The position numbers were made by a program, and so were the translations under genes. Under the pieces are notes generated by a model that was given only the letters and a program-made list of their open reading frames with translations, was not told where the DNA came from and searched no databases. Shown in pieces: positions 17,851-27,775 of a stretch of DNA of 64,000 bases (positions are counted from its first letter, which is position 1; each line of letters starts with the position of its first letter). This DNA is from Armatimonadota bacterium (GTDB lineage: Bacteria; Armatimonadota; SYMT01), in assembly GCA_041690135.1 (NCBI GenBank), contig JAWLHY010000006.1, positions 230,337 to 294,336 on the forward strand, read 5' to 3'.

Positions 17851-20268
17851 ATGACGTACACATCCCGGATTCTTGCACTGTTCACCCTGGGCGGGTTGCT
17901 TCTCCCCCTGGCGCCCGGATTGGCTTCCGGTGAGGGCTATCGCAAACCCCCGGAGTCGATCCGCAAGGTTCTGGATGCGCCCCCTCCCCCACTCGTAAGC
18001 ATCAGTCCCAAGCGCGACCAGATGGTACTGATCGACTGGGTGCGCTATCCGCCCCTCGCGGATCTGGCGCAGCCCATGCTGCGGCTGGCGGGCCTGCGGA
18101 TCAATCCGAACACCAACGGACCGCATGAGCCGCGGCAGTTCGTCGGCTTCCGCATCAAGACGATTCCCAGCGGTCAGGAGCGCCGGATCGCACTCCCCGC
18201 CGGCGCGGACCTGGGGGCACCGGTGTGGACGCCCGATGGAAAACGGTTCGCCTTTACTCTCACCCGCCCTAACGGCATTCAACTCTGGCTAGCGGACGCG
18301 GTCGCGGGCACTGCGCGCCAACTGCCGAACATCCAACTCAACGCCGCCTACGGCACGCCCGTGCAGTGGATGCCCGGTGGCAAGACCTTGCTGGTGCAAA
18401 CGGTCGCATCCGGCCGCGGCAAGGTTCCCGCGGCACCAACGGTCCCCCCGGGGCCCACCATCCAGGAGAGCGCCGGCCGTGCCGCCCCGGTCCGCACCTA
18501 TCAGGATCTGCTCAAGAACCCTCATGACGAGGCCCTCTTCGATCACTACGCCACTTCCCAGTTGACGCTGGTGGAGGCCTCCGGCGGGAAAGCCGTTCCC
18601 GTGGGCAAACCCGGCATCTTTGCTGACGTGGAACCCTCACCTGATGGCAAATATCTGCTGGTAGCGCGCAACCACCGACCCTACTCCTACCTGATTGGCT
18701 ACTGGGCATTCCCGAAGAAGGTTGAGGTGTGGGACCGAACCGGACGCCCGGCCCACAAGCTGGCGGATCTGCCACTGGCCGAGCGCGTGCCCATAGGCGG
18801 CGTACCCACGGGTCCCCGTGGCTATCACTGGATGCCGACGGACCCAGCAACACTGGTGTGGGTCGAAGCGTTGGACGAAGGAGATCCGAAGAAGAAGGTG
18901 GCGCACCGCGATCGGGTTCGGCTCTTGCCCGCCCCCTTTCGGACCGACCCCACGGATCTGGCTAAAACGGAACACCGCTACGCGGGTCTCCACTGGATCG
19001 AGCGGGGTGGGCAGGTCCTGTTGTCCGAATACGATCGGGACCGGCTCTGGCGCCGCACCTGGCTGATCGATCGCGCCAATCTGGATAGGCGCCTGGTTTG
19101 GGATCTCTCGGTCAACGATCGCTACAAGGCCCCCGGCGAGCCGGTCTACCGGACACTGGCCAACGGGCATCGCGCCGTGCGCCGGGAGGGCAACTCAATT
19201 TACCTGGAAGGTCCGGGCGCCTCGCCGGAAGGAGACCGCCCCTTCCTGGACCGGCTGAACCTCGAGTCCCTGCAGGCGGAACGCCTTTTTCACAGCCCCG
19301 CCGGCTCTTACGAATCGTTCGTCGCCCTTATAGACGCGGACCGGTTCATCACCCGGCGTGAAACCCTCACCGAGCCGCCGAACTATCTTCTCCGCTCCCT
19401 GGGCGAGGCGAAGCCAACGGCCCTCACCCGTTTTCCGGACCCGGCGCCCCAGCTGCGCTCCATCCAGAAACGGCTGGTGACCTACAAGCGCGCCGACGGT
19501 GTCCCGCTTTCCTTCACTCTGTACCTACCCCCGGATTATAAGGAGGGCGAGCGCCTTCCCACCTTCGTATGGGCGTATCCGCGGGAGTACGGCGATGCCG
19601 CCACTGCCGGCCAGGTTTCGGGCTCGCCCCATCGCTTCACCACGATCACCGGCATTTCCCACCTGTTCCTGGTGCTGGAGGGCTACGCCGTACTGGATAA
19701 TGCGACGATGCCGGTCGTGGGCCCTCCGGAAACAGTGAACGACACCTTCATCGAGCAGATCGTCGGGAGCGCAAAGGCAGCCATCGACAAGGCCGTAGAA
19801 TTGGGAGTCACGGACCCGGAGCGGGTCGCGGTGGGCGGCCACAGCTACGGCGCATTTATGACCGCCAACCTGCTTGCACACTCCGACCTGTTCCGCACAG
19901 GCATTGCTCGCAGCGGCGCCTACAACCGCACCCTCACCCCGTTTGGGTTTCAGAGCGAGCGGCGGACCGTATGGGAGGCGCCGGAGGTCTACACGCGGCT
20001 CTCGCCCTTCATGCACGCCCACAAGATCAACGAGCCCTTGCTGTTGATCCACGGAGAAGCGGACGACAACCCCGGTACCTTTCCGATGCAGAGCGAACGA
20101 ATGTATCACGCCGTCAAGGGCAACGGCGGCACCGTGCGGTACGTGGAACTACCGCATGAGTCGCACGGTTATGTTGCGCGAGAGTCGGTGGCTCACACAC
20201 TCTGGGAAATGGCGTCGTGGTGCGACCGGTTTCTCAAGCAGGGATCAGCGAACCAAACCAAGCGGTAG
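17851..20268 (+). CDS. Secreted S9 family (prolyl oligopeptidase / glutamyl peptidase-like) peptidase
   Basis: Nucleophile motif GGHSYG, ARSGAYNRTLTPFGFQ, HGEADDN, ESHGY, signal peptide. Confidence 0.93.
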   Translation: MTYTSRILALFTLGGLLLPLAPGLASGEGYRKPPESIRKVLDAPPPPLVSISPKRDQMVLIDWVRYPPLADLAQPMLRLAGLRINPNTNGPHEPRQFVGFRIKTIPSGQERRIALPAGADLGAPVWTPDGKRFAFTLTRPNGIQLWLADAVAGTARQLPNIQLNAAYGTPVQWMPGGKTLLVQTVASGRGKVPAAPTVPPGPTIQESAGRAAPVRTYQDLLKNPHDEALFDHYATSQLTLVEASGGKAVPVGKPGIFADVEPSPDGKYLLVARNHRPYSYLIGYWAFPKKVEVWDRTGRPAHKLADLPLAERVPIGGVPTGPRGYHWMPTDPATLVWVEALDEGDPKKKVAHRDRVRLLPAPFRTDPTDLAKTEHRYAGLHWIERGGQVLLSEYDRDRLWRRTWLIDRANLDRRLVWDLSVNDRYKAPGEPVYRTLANGHRAVRREGNSIYLEGPGASPEGDRPFLDRLNLESLQAERLFHSPAGSYESFVALIDADRFITRRETLTEPPNYLLRSLGEAKPTALTRFPDPAPQLRSIQKRLVTYKRADGVPLSFTLYLPPDYKEGERLPTFVWAYPREYGDAATAGQVSGSPHRFTTITGISHLFLVLEGYAVLDNATMPVVGPPETVNDTFIEQIVGSAKAAIDKAVELGVTDPERVAVGGHSYGAFMTANLLAHSDLFRTGIARSGAYNRTLTPFGFQSERRTVWEAPEVYTRLSPFMHAHKINEPLLLIHGEADDNPGTFPMQSERMYHAVKGNGGTVRYVELPHESHGYVARESVAHTLWEMASWCDRFLKQGSANQTKR

Positions 20269-20285
20269 CCCAGCAGAAAAGCTAG

Positions 20286-20318
20286 CGGGGGGGGATCGCC
20301 ACTGGCGATCTCCCCCCG
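20286..20318. terminator. Hairpin between convergent genes
   Basis: CGGGGGGGGATCGCCA/TGGCGATCTCCCCCCG inverted repeat. Confidence 0.65.
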
Positions 20319-20349
20319 ATACCCTTAAATACTTGTTGAAAACGGAAGC

Positions 20350-20730
20350 CTATCCAGGAACCGGGCGACCTAGGGACTTGTAGATATCCTCGATCATCTT
20401 CTTATCCCGGGCGGCGGCTGCATGCTTGGGATTCAACTCCAGGGCGCGGCGGTACTTTTTCAACGCACCGGGGTACTTCACACGCGGAGGAAGGTCCGGA
20501 TTGTTCATCATCGTGAAGCCGACCTGGTAGTTCGCTTCCGCCACTTCCTTCTTCAACTTGGCGTCCTTCGGGCTCTTGGCAAGCTTGGCCTCCAGAGCCT
20601 TCAACTTCGCCTCATCATACTTCTTAGCCGCCGCGGCAGCCGGTTTGGCGACCGGCTTGGCGGCAAAAGCCGTTCCTGCCGGAGCCACGGCACACAGCCC
20701 CAGAGCGAGGGCCAGGACCGTCATTCGCAT
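20350..20730 (-). CDS. Small secreted TPR-like protein
   Basis: Signal peptide, Ala/Lys-rich linker, TPR-like ALKKYRRALELNPKH. AGGAG RBS. Confidence 0.8.
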   Translation of the reverse strand: MRMTVLALALGLCAVAPAGTAFAAKPVAKPAAAAAKKYDEAKLKALEAKLAKSPKDAKLKKEVAEANYQVGFTMMNNPDLPPRVKYPGALKKYRRALELNPKHAAAARDKKMIEDIYKSLGRPVPG

Positions 20731-20979
20731 CGCTCTCTTCTCCTTCTCCGGGCGGCGCGCCCGGGCATCTACCTCCCCATGATACGACAGTCAACCCCTC
20801 GCGGTTTGCCCATAATTTCGCAAGAATCGAGGATACCCGGAACTTTCAGCAGTTAAACACCCGTCTTTAGCCGTGGCACACTGCCATAGCAATCGGACTT
20901 TGCCGGTCGCCTCCGGTCTTCCTGACCCTCACCTCCGAGGCCCGGCAGCCCAGATCAGAACCACGGAGAAGCGTGTTTT

Positions 20980-21693
20980 ATGCTGTACCGCACAGCCCGT
21001 GCCCTGACCATACCTGCTAGTGTTACGCTGCTTTGCTGTTTGGAAGCGAAACCGCCGCGCTGGCTGACCCCCCCGGCGCTGCGCCGGCCGGTCCAGGTCG
21101 AAGCTCCCAAGCCGGAAATCAAACCGTTCGAAGAACCCAGGATCCTGGCCGTGAATAAGCGGATCGCGAAGCGGATCAACGCGCTGCGTCCCTGTGTTAA
21201 AGAGCGCCTCGTTCGCGTAACCCAGAAGCTCCCGAAGAAGGTGACGCTGCTGGTCACGTCCGCAACCCGCACCCGCGAAGAGCAGGCAGCCCTACGCCCC
21301 ACCTTCGGAGTGAAGGCCCGGCCGGGAACCAGCACCCATGAAGACGGTCGTGCCATTGATCTCAACGTGATTGTCGATGGGAAGCGCGTGAGCCCGCGCA
21401 TGAACCAGAAGATCATCGGTAAAGTGATGGCCAGCGAGGGCTTCCGCCACCTCGGCCGGATCGACCCGGTCCACTACAGCGTACCCAAGGAAAAGATCGA
21501 CGTCTCTCTCACATCGGGACCCGATCTTCAGGTCATGACGATGGCTGAAGCCGAGGAGTTGCGCAGCGAAGTGGAAGAACTCCGGGCCGCCGCGGATCAA
21601 GAAGCTGAAAGCACCGGTGCTGCGATCCGCGCGCCTTTGAACCCCACCTCTGCTGCCCAATCGGCGATCTCATTCCTGCCCGCCGGCCTTTAA
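20980..21693 (+). CDS. M15-like zinc peptidoglycan peptidase (D-Ala-D-Ala carboxypeptidase fold)
   Basis: Motifs TSATRTREEQ, PGTSTHEDGRAID, DPVHYS. Confidence 0.75.
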   Translation: MLYRTARALTIPASVTLLCCLEAKPPRWLTPPALRRPVQVEAPKPEIKPFEEPRILAVNKRIAKRINALRPCVKERLVRVTQKLPKKVTLLVTSATRTREEQAALRPTFGVKARPGTSTHEDGRAIDLNVIVDGKRVSPRMNQKIIGKVMASEGFRHLGRIDPVHYSVPKEKIDVSLTSGPDLQVMTMAEAEELRSEVEELRAAADQEAESTGAAIRAPLNPTSAAQSAISFLPAGL

Positions 21694-21833
21694 GAGCTGG
21701 TATAAGCGGCACGTCACACTCTTCCTTGCTCCGGCACTTATTCACTGGCTGCCTTGACTTGTGCGGCTCCGGCCGCGACGGGCCGACAGGGGCAGCCGAT
21801 GGGGTCCCCTGGAGGAGTGAGGACGGAGTCAGC

Positions 21834-24500
21834 GTGAGTACCTCGGTTTGGATGGGGTCGGGCCTGGCGGCCAGAGCGTGGCTTGCGGCGACCGCGTTTC
21901 TCTTTCTGGTTGCCGCGGCGGCCGCGGGGTCCGACCAGAACGCGGCTCCGCGCGGCGAAGGACTGCTGGTCGCCTTTCAGGATCACGCTCCTTTGTCCGC
22001 GCGTCTCGCCGTGCTCCAGCGGTTCGGGCTCGCTCCGGACTCCCGGTTCAAAAGCGCGCATGTGGCACGCCTCACTCCGGTGCGAAGCCCAACTTCAGCG
22101 GCCTCCCAGGCTGGTCACTTCCGCCAACTCGTCAGTCGCCTCCGCCACGATCCCGCCGTCCGCGTCGTCGAACCGGATTACACGGTTCGCGCGTCCGGTA
22201 TTCCCAACGACCCCGAATTCCACCGGCTGTGGGGCTTGCGCAACACTGGTCAGACGGAGGGCTTGCCGGGCGCGGATATCGAGGCGCCCGCCGCGTGGGA
22301 CATCACCAGCGGGCGACCGGAAACCATCGTCGCCGTGATCGATACAGGGGTCGACTACAATCATCCCGATCTGCGGGACAATATCCTTCGGGACGCAAAT
22401 GGGGCCGTTGTGGGATACGACTTCGCCAATGACGACCCCAACCCCATGGACGACAACAACCACGGCACTCACGTCGCCGGAACCGTGGGGGCCGTGGCGG
22501 GGAACAGCCTGGGAATTGCCGGCGTCTGCCCCCGCGTGCGAATCATGCCGCTCAAGTTTCTCGACGGCGCCGGAAACGGCGCCACTTCCGACGCAATCGA
22601 AGCGATCGATTTCGCCCTGGCCCATGGAGCCCACGTGCTCAACAACAGTTGGGGAGGTGGAAGCTACAGCCAGTTGCTAAAGGAAGCGATCGATCGGGCG
22701 CGGGCAAAAGGGGTGCTCGTCGTTGCGGCCGCCGGCAATGAAGCGGCCAATAACGACGAGATCGCCACCTATCCCGCCGCCTACAACCGGGTTTGCGAGA
22801 ACGTCATCAGCGTAGCGGCCACGGATGACCGTGACCGGGTAGCCTCGTTCTCTAACTTCGGCCCGGCAACCGTCGATGTGGCGGCACCCGGCGTCCGGAT
22901 TTACAGTACCCTTCCGGGCAACCGATACGGCTACCTGAACGGCACTTCGATGGCGGCGCCGCACGTTTCCGGCGCCGCCGCTCTCGTGCGCGCGCACTAC
23001 CCCATGATTTCCACTTCGATGTGGAAGGCGAGGCTCCTCGGAACCGCGGAAAAGGTCGCCTCCCTGGAGAGGAAGATCAAGGGCGGGCGCCTGAACCTAC
23101 GGACTACCCTCCTGCCGGACAATGTTCCACCCGGTCCGCCCGCCGATCTTCGGGTCACCCACCACGCCACCAACGCACTCCTGTTGGCCTGGACCGCCTC
23201 CGGCGAGGACGGTTCAACCGGGGCCGCCGCTGCCTTCGACCTTCGGTACAGCACTCAACCTATTACAGCCCGAAACTTCGAGACTGCCGCGGGCGCAAGC
23301 GAATTACCGGCTCCAGGTGTTGCAGGCTATCCCCACCAGTATCTGCTCCCCAACCTCCTCGCCGATCGGGAGTACTACCTGGCGCTCCGAGCTATCGATC
23401 GGGTCGGCAATTTATCCGCGCCGGTGGTCCTGGGTCCCGTGCGTACCCGCTCGAGTGGTACGGACATCTATCTGGTGGAGGACTCGGTGGAAGCCCATCC
23501 CCAGTTTTATGGCGATTGGAGTGTGACCACCGAGCGCGCCGCCAGCCCCACCCACGCGTACACGGATAGCCCAGGACGCCCCTACCCGGCGTCGGCGGTG
23601 CGTCATCTGACCCAACTGGCGCCGGTTTCCCTGGTGGGGGTAGTACCGGTCCTGCGTTTTCGCGCCGAGACCGACCTGGAAACAGGCTATGATTTCCTCT
23701 GCGTGGATGTCTCCACTGACGAGGGAGCCTCGTGGGAGCGCCAGCCCCTGTCGATCACCGGGACAAACGGCTGGAGCGATTACGAAGTGCCCTTGCACCA
23801 ATACTACGGCCATCGCATTCAAGCGCGTTTTCGCCTGGTGAGCGATCACGTCGTGCACCAGGATGGAGCCTGGATCGATAATATCCGCCTGGGTGGAACG
23901 CCCCTGCTGGCAGCGGGGAACCCGGATGCGCCACTACCACAGGTCCCTACCGGGCTGACAGCGACTGCGGGAAGCGCCCAGGTCTCACTTTCGTGGCTTC
24001 CCGGCCGGCATGCCTCCGCCTACAACATCAAGAGAGCGCCGACCGCCACCGGCTCCTTTACCCGCGTGGGCACCACCACTACCTCGACGCAGTTCACGGA
24101 TGTGGGTCTCAAGAACGGCGTAACCTACTACTATCTCGTCAGCTCCGTGAACGCTGCGGGGGAGAGCGAGCATTCCAATCTGGCAACGGCTACTCCTCAG
24201 CCCCCAGCGCCACCCCGCTCACCGCGAAACCTAACCGCCCGACCAGGCAAGGGATTCGTGACGCTGCGGTGGATCCAACCGGGCCCTGCGGCGCGGCATC
24301 GCATTTACCGTTCCGAAGTCCGGGGGAGGAACTATTCGCTGCTCGCCTCGATTCCGGCTGGTCGGACATATACGGACCGCGTGGTGGCGGGTAGGAAGAG
24401 GTACTACTACCAGGTCACCGCGCTGAGTGCGGAGGGGGTGGAAAGCGGACGATCCCCTGCGGCCTCTGCCGCGGCCAGGGCCAACGCCGCGCGACGGTAG
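21834..24500 (+). CDS. S8 subtilisin-like serine protease with FN3 repeats and an immune-inhibitor-A-like beta domain
   Basis: Catalytic triad motifs VIDTGVD, HGTHVAG, GTSMAAPHVSG. FN3-like repeats. Start uncertain. Confidence 0.92.
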   Translation: MSTSVWMGSGLAARAWLAATAFLFLVAAAAAGSDQNAAPRGEGLLVAFQDHAPLSARLAVLQRFGLAPDSRFKSAHVARLTPVRSPTSAASQAGHFRQLVSRLRHDPAVRVVEPDYTVRASGIPNDPEFHRLWGLRNTGQTEGLPGADIEAPAAWDITSGRPETIVAVIDTGVDYNHPDLRDNILRDANGAVVGYDFANDDPNPMDDNNHGTHVAGTVGAVAGNSLGIAGVCPRVRIMPLKFLDGAGNGATSDAIEAIDFALAHGAHVLNNSWGGGSYSQLLKEAIDRARAKGVLVVAAAGNEAANNDEIATYPAAYNRVCENVISVAATDDRDRVASFSNFGPATVDVAAPGVRIYSTLPGNRYGYLNGTSMAAPHVSGAAALVRAHYPMISTSMWKARLLGTAEKVASLERKIKGGRLNLRTTLLPDNVPPGPPADLRVTHHATNALLLAWTASGEDGSTGAAAAFDLRYSTQPITARNFETAAGASELPAPGVAGYPHQYLLPNLLADREYYLALRAIDRVGNLSAPVVLGPVRTRSSGTDIYLVEDSVEAHPQFYGDWSVTTERAASPTHAYTDSPGRPYPASAVRHLTQLAPVSLVGVVPVLRFRAETDLETGYDFLCVDVSTDEGASWERQPLSITGTNGWSDYEVPLHQYYGHRIQARFRLVSDHVVHQDGAWIDNIRLGGTPLLAAGNPDAPLPQVPTGLTATAGSAQVSLSWLPGRHASAYNIKRAPTATGSFTRVGTTTTSTQFTDVGLKNGVTYYYLVSSVNAAGESEHSNLATATPQPPAPPRSPRNLTARPGKGFVTLRWIQPGPAARHRIYRSEVRGRNYSLLASIPAGRTYTDRVVAGRKRYYYQVTALSAEGVESGRSPAASAAARANAARR

Positions 24501-24507
24501 GGGCCGT

Positions 24508-24840
24508 TCACTGCCCCATCCAGGTGCGTTCCGTGCTCGGCCCTCCCGCGGGTTCGCCTCGATAGGCCGCCGAAAGAGCGGGGATTTCCTCTTCCGCATA
24601 CTCCTGGCACTGGGGACAGAGGAATCCCAGTTCCACGGGCATGGGCCGGCCGTAGAGGGCCTGGAACAGGTACTCGACTTTGGCGCGGTTCTCGATACTG
24701 ATCGGTACGCCGCACTGTTTGAAAGTGATTCCCGGGTGCCGCCACTCCGGATATCCTTCCGCAGTCAATTCGCCGCGGAACCACTCCCCCAGCGATGGTC
24801 TCCTGCCACAACCATCACAGCGCATCTGGGTCAACAGCAT
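24508..24840 (-). CDS. Hypothetical protein with CxxC...CxxC (putative zinc-binding)
   Basis: CDGC and CPQC motifs. GAGGTG RBS. 13 nt downstream of comEA. Confidence 0.65.
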   Translation of the reverse strand: MLLTQMRCDGCGRRPSLGEWFRGELTAEGYPEWRHPGITFKQCGVPISIENRAKVEYLFQALYGRPMPVELGFLCPQCQEYAEEEIPALSAAYRGEPAGGPSTERTWMGQ

Positions 24841-24853
24841 CGGTGCACCTCAA

Positions 24854-25585
24854 CTACGGAGCGGTAACGAGACTGCGAATCTGATCGAAGCGACCCTCGC
24901 CAATCCCCCGCACGTTCAGCAGGTCTTCGGGTTGCGTGAAGGGGCCGGACTGCCGTCGGTAGGCGAGGATCGCTTCCGCGGTCGATGGTCCGATACCGGG
25001 TAGTTCCTCAAGTTGTTTCTGGGTGGCCGTGTTGAGGTTCAGCGGGAATTGCGTCTTACCGGCGGGGCCGGACGAGCTACGTACCACCACGGGAGAACTT
25101 ACCGCCTCGGCAGACAGCGTGAAGGGATACCGACCGGACCGGTTACCCCCCACCGTCGATTGAACGGGGCCCGGTTCCGGGGCGGGCTGGTGGCTGGTGA
25201 GACGCTGAGGCCGGCCGCGCAGGGGGATCCGGACCTGCTCCCCATCTTTCACCGGATCGGCCAGGTTGATCGCGTCGAGATCCGCCTGTTGCGTGGGTCC
25301 GCCGGCCCGCTTCATGGCGTCCACCACGCGCGCCCATTCCGGAAGAGAGTAGACACCCGGCTTTTTCACCGCCCCGGCCACGTGGACGCGGATCGGCCCG
25401 CTCTTGTCGAACAGGCGCGGAGCCATCGGGTCCGTATCTTCGGGACTAACCGGCCCTGAAACCAGCGCGGCTCGCTGTTCCGGCGTAACCGGAGTGTTCC
25501 GGTAGCCGTTGAGGCTCACGCCGACCGCCGTAAGAATACCTCCCACGGCTAACGAGCCCATGATCCACGCCAGTCGGTTGCTCAC
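24854..25585 (-). CDS. comEA: ComEA DNA-binding competence protein (SLBB + HhH)
   Basis: N-terminal TM segment, VHVAGAVKKPGVY, NLNTAT...LPGIGPSTAEAI, VRGIG. Confidence 0.93.
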   Translation of the reverse strand: MSNRLAWIMGSLAVGGILTAVGVSLNGYRNTPVTPEQRAALVSGPVSPEDTDPMAPRLFDKSGPIRVHVAGAVKKPGVYSLPEWARVVDAMKRAGGPTQQADLDAINLADPVKDGEQVRIPLRGRPQRLTSHQPAPEPGPVQSTVGGNRSGRYPFTLSAEAVSSPVVVRSSSGPAGKTQFPLNLNTATQKQLEELPGIGPSTAEAILAYRRQSGPFTQPEDLLNVRGIGEGRFDQIRSLVTAP

Positions 25586-25614
25586 GATGGTACCTGTTTT
25601 GGCTCGGAGGGGCG

Positions 25615-26367
25615 TTAAAGCACGCCTGCCAGGGCATCCGGCCCTACCCGCATCCCGGTCAGGAAGGGACCGAACTCCGCATACTTGGCGCTGACCTCGT
25701 CAAAGCGCATCTCATAAACCAGCTTCTTGAATTGGAGCGGATCTTCCGTAAACAGAGTCACCCCCCACTCCCAATCATCGAACCCCACAGAGCCGGTGAT
25801 CATCTGCTGCACCACGCCGAAGTACTTATGGCCGATGGTCCCGTGGCTGCGCATCATGCCGCGGCGCTCCTCCATCGGCAACATGTACCAGTTGAGGTCC
25901 TCGCCGCGCTTCTTGTTCATGGGGTAGAAAACCATGTAGCGACGCTCCGCGGGAATCTGGAACTTCAAGCGCGCCTTGACGAACGGCACTTCCATCGGAT
26001 TCTCGATGGCCCCTCGGGACTGGGCCTCATAGAGACCCAATTCGGTTACGGAAAAATAGGAGTACGGGCGGGTGGTGAAATCGGCCAGGCGTGTCTGCGC
26101 GAAGGCGTGTTCGAGAGCATCCAGTTCGTCCGGAGTGGATCGCAGGTGCAAGTACATCAGGTCGGCCTTGTGCCCGATGATGCTGTAGAGCGCACTCGAC
26201 CCCTCTGGCGCGTCCGCGTGGGCTTCCGCTCCGCACAGGAATTCGGCCGCTTCGGCGAGGGCCGCCTCCCGTTCCGCGGAGGGCAGGGCCTTCCATCGCG
26301 GCCAATCGATCTGGCGGAAGTCGTGCAGGCAGTACCACCCTTCCAGGGTTCCGGGCACTTCAGGCAT
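25615..26367 (-). CDS. hemQ: Coproheme decarboxylase HemQ/ChdC
   Basis: Motifs TLEGWYCLHDFR, GHKADL, FYPMNKKR, MRSHG, GFDDWEWGVTLF, YEMRFDEVSAKYAEFG. Confidence 0.92.
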   Translation of the reverse strand: MPEVPGTLEGWYCLHDFRQIDWPRWKALPSAEREAALAEAAEFLCGAEAHADAPEGSSALYSIIGHKADLMYLHLRSTPDELDALEHAFAQTRLADFTTRPYSYFSVTELGLYEAQSRGAIENPMEVPFVKARLKFQIPAERRYMVFYPMNKKRGEDLNWYMLPMEERRGMMRSHGTIGHKYFGVVQQMITGSVGFDDWEWGVTLFTEDPLQFKKLVYEMRFDEVSAKYAEFGPFLTGMRVGPDALAGVL

Positions 26368-26539
26368 CTGGTTCTCACTCCTGGTCAGTGTCGCTCGCCG
26401 GCATGCCGCGGCACGCAAAATGCGGTGCTGCGAGAAACCGAAATCGCGTCTAAGATGGTGTTAAGGCTGGGCCGAACCGGCCACTCCTGGTCGATGATAC
26501 CACACCCTTCAGGACGGTGATAGTTTCCCTGGAGTTGCG

Positions 26540-27763
26540 ATGTTTGTCGAAGAATATCCGCGCCTGCGTCCTCTCGAAGCTGTTCCGGACCCCAAAAACC
26601 ACCGGGTTATCCTCCGGGACCCTACCCAACTCGCCGCCGGCATGCTGGTGGTAGGCCTGCGCGACCTGGCCCTGATCACCCTGCTGGATGGCTCGCGGAG
26701 CCGGGTGCAGATCCAGGCGGAGTACGCGCGCCAGACTGGGCAACTCCTCGTGACTGCAGATCTGGAGGCTCTGCTCGCCCAATTGGGACAGGGCGGTTTT
26801 CTCGACGGCGCAGCCTTCGAAACCTACTACGCGGAATTGGTGGAAGAGTACCTCGCGAAGCCGTACCGTCCCCTCCGGGATCTGAACGGATACGGGGCTC
26901 CGGCGGAGCGCCTTCCGGATTACCTGGACGGGGCCCTCGCGGAGGCGGAACTCGGGTCCCGTTTTGGGGTCGGTCGCCGACCTTATGCAATCGTTACCCC
27001 GCATCTCGACTTCCCACGCGGCCGGAGTTGTTATGCAGAGGGTTACGCCGCATTGAGGTCCAGCGGCTGGAAGCCACGGCGGGTCGTGATCCTGGGAACC
27101 AACCACTTCGGCCGTTCGCGCAGCCTCGTAGCGACCACCCGCGATTTCGAGACACCCTGGGGGATCGTTCCGACCGACCGCGCGTTCCTGGAGCTTCTCC
27201 AGGCGGAGTGCACGGGTAGCCTGTTCCCCTATGAGCTCGATCACCTGCGGGAGCACTCCATCGAGCTTCAGGTTACGTGGCTCCACCACGTTCTTGGGAA
27301 CGGTTTCGCCATCGTGCCGGTGCTCTGTCCCGACCCGAGCGCGCCCCGGGGCACCCGTCCGGGCGATCCGAACGGTGTCGATCTCCGGGAGTTCTCCCAC
27401 GCCCTGGGGCGGCTGATCCGCGATGATCCCGAGTCGACCCTGATCGTCGCCAGCGCCGACCTCAGCCATGTGGGAGGCTACTTTGGGGATGAGACGGCTC
27501 TGGACGAAGGGTTTCTGGGAGAAGTACGGAGCGGTGACGAGGCAGCACTATCCTGGGTGGACCGGAACGACCCAGAAGGTTTCCGCGCTCACATGGCTTC
27601 CACGGGCAACCCCACCCGCGTCTGCTCCGTGGGGTGTCTTTATGCTTTGATGACGGCGTTGGGGTCCTCTATCCGGGCCGAACGACTGCGTTACCACCAG
27701 GCCGTGACCCCCGAACTCGAAAATGCAGTGACGTGCGCCGCCTACGCGTTCGGAGAGTGGTAA
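26540..27763 (+). CDS. MEMO1-family / AmmeMemoRadiSam protein B, long form
   Basis: Motifs PHLDFPRG, ILGTNH, ETPWG, EHSIELQ, ASADLSHVG, plus an N-terminal extension of about 110 aa. Confidence 0.88.
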   Translation: MFVEEYPRLRPLEAVPDPKNHRVILRDPTQLAAGMLVVGLRDLALITLLDGSRSRVQIQAEYARQTGQLLVTADLEALLAQLGQGGFLDGAAFETYYAELVEEYLAKPYRPLRDLNGYGAPAERLPDYLDGALAEAELGSRFGVGRRPYAIVTPHLDFPRGRSCYAEGYAALRSSGWKPRRVVILGTNHFGRSRSLVATTRDFETPWGIVPTDRAFLELLQAECTGSLFPYELDHLREHSIELQVTWLHHVLGNGFAIVPVLCPDPSAPRGTRPGDPNGVDLREFSHALGRLIRDDPESTLIVASADLSHVGGYFGDETALDEGFLGEVRSGDEAALSWVDRNDPEGFRAHMASTGNPTRVCSVGCLYALMTALGSSIRAERLRYHQAVTPELENAVTCAAYAFGEW

Positions 27764-27775
27764 CAAGCCGCTTTG

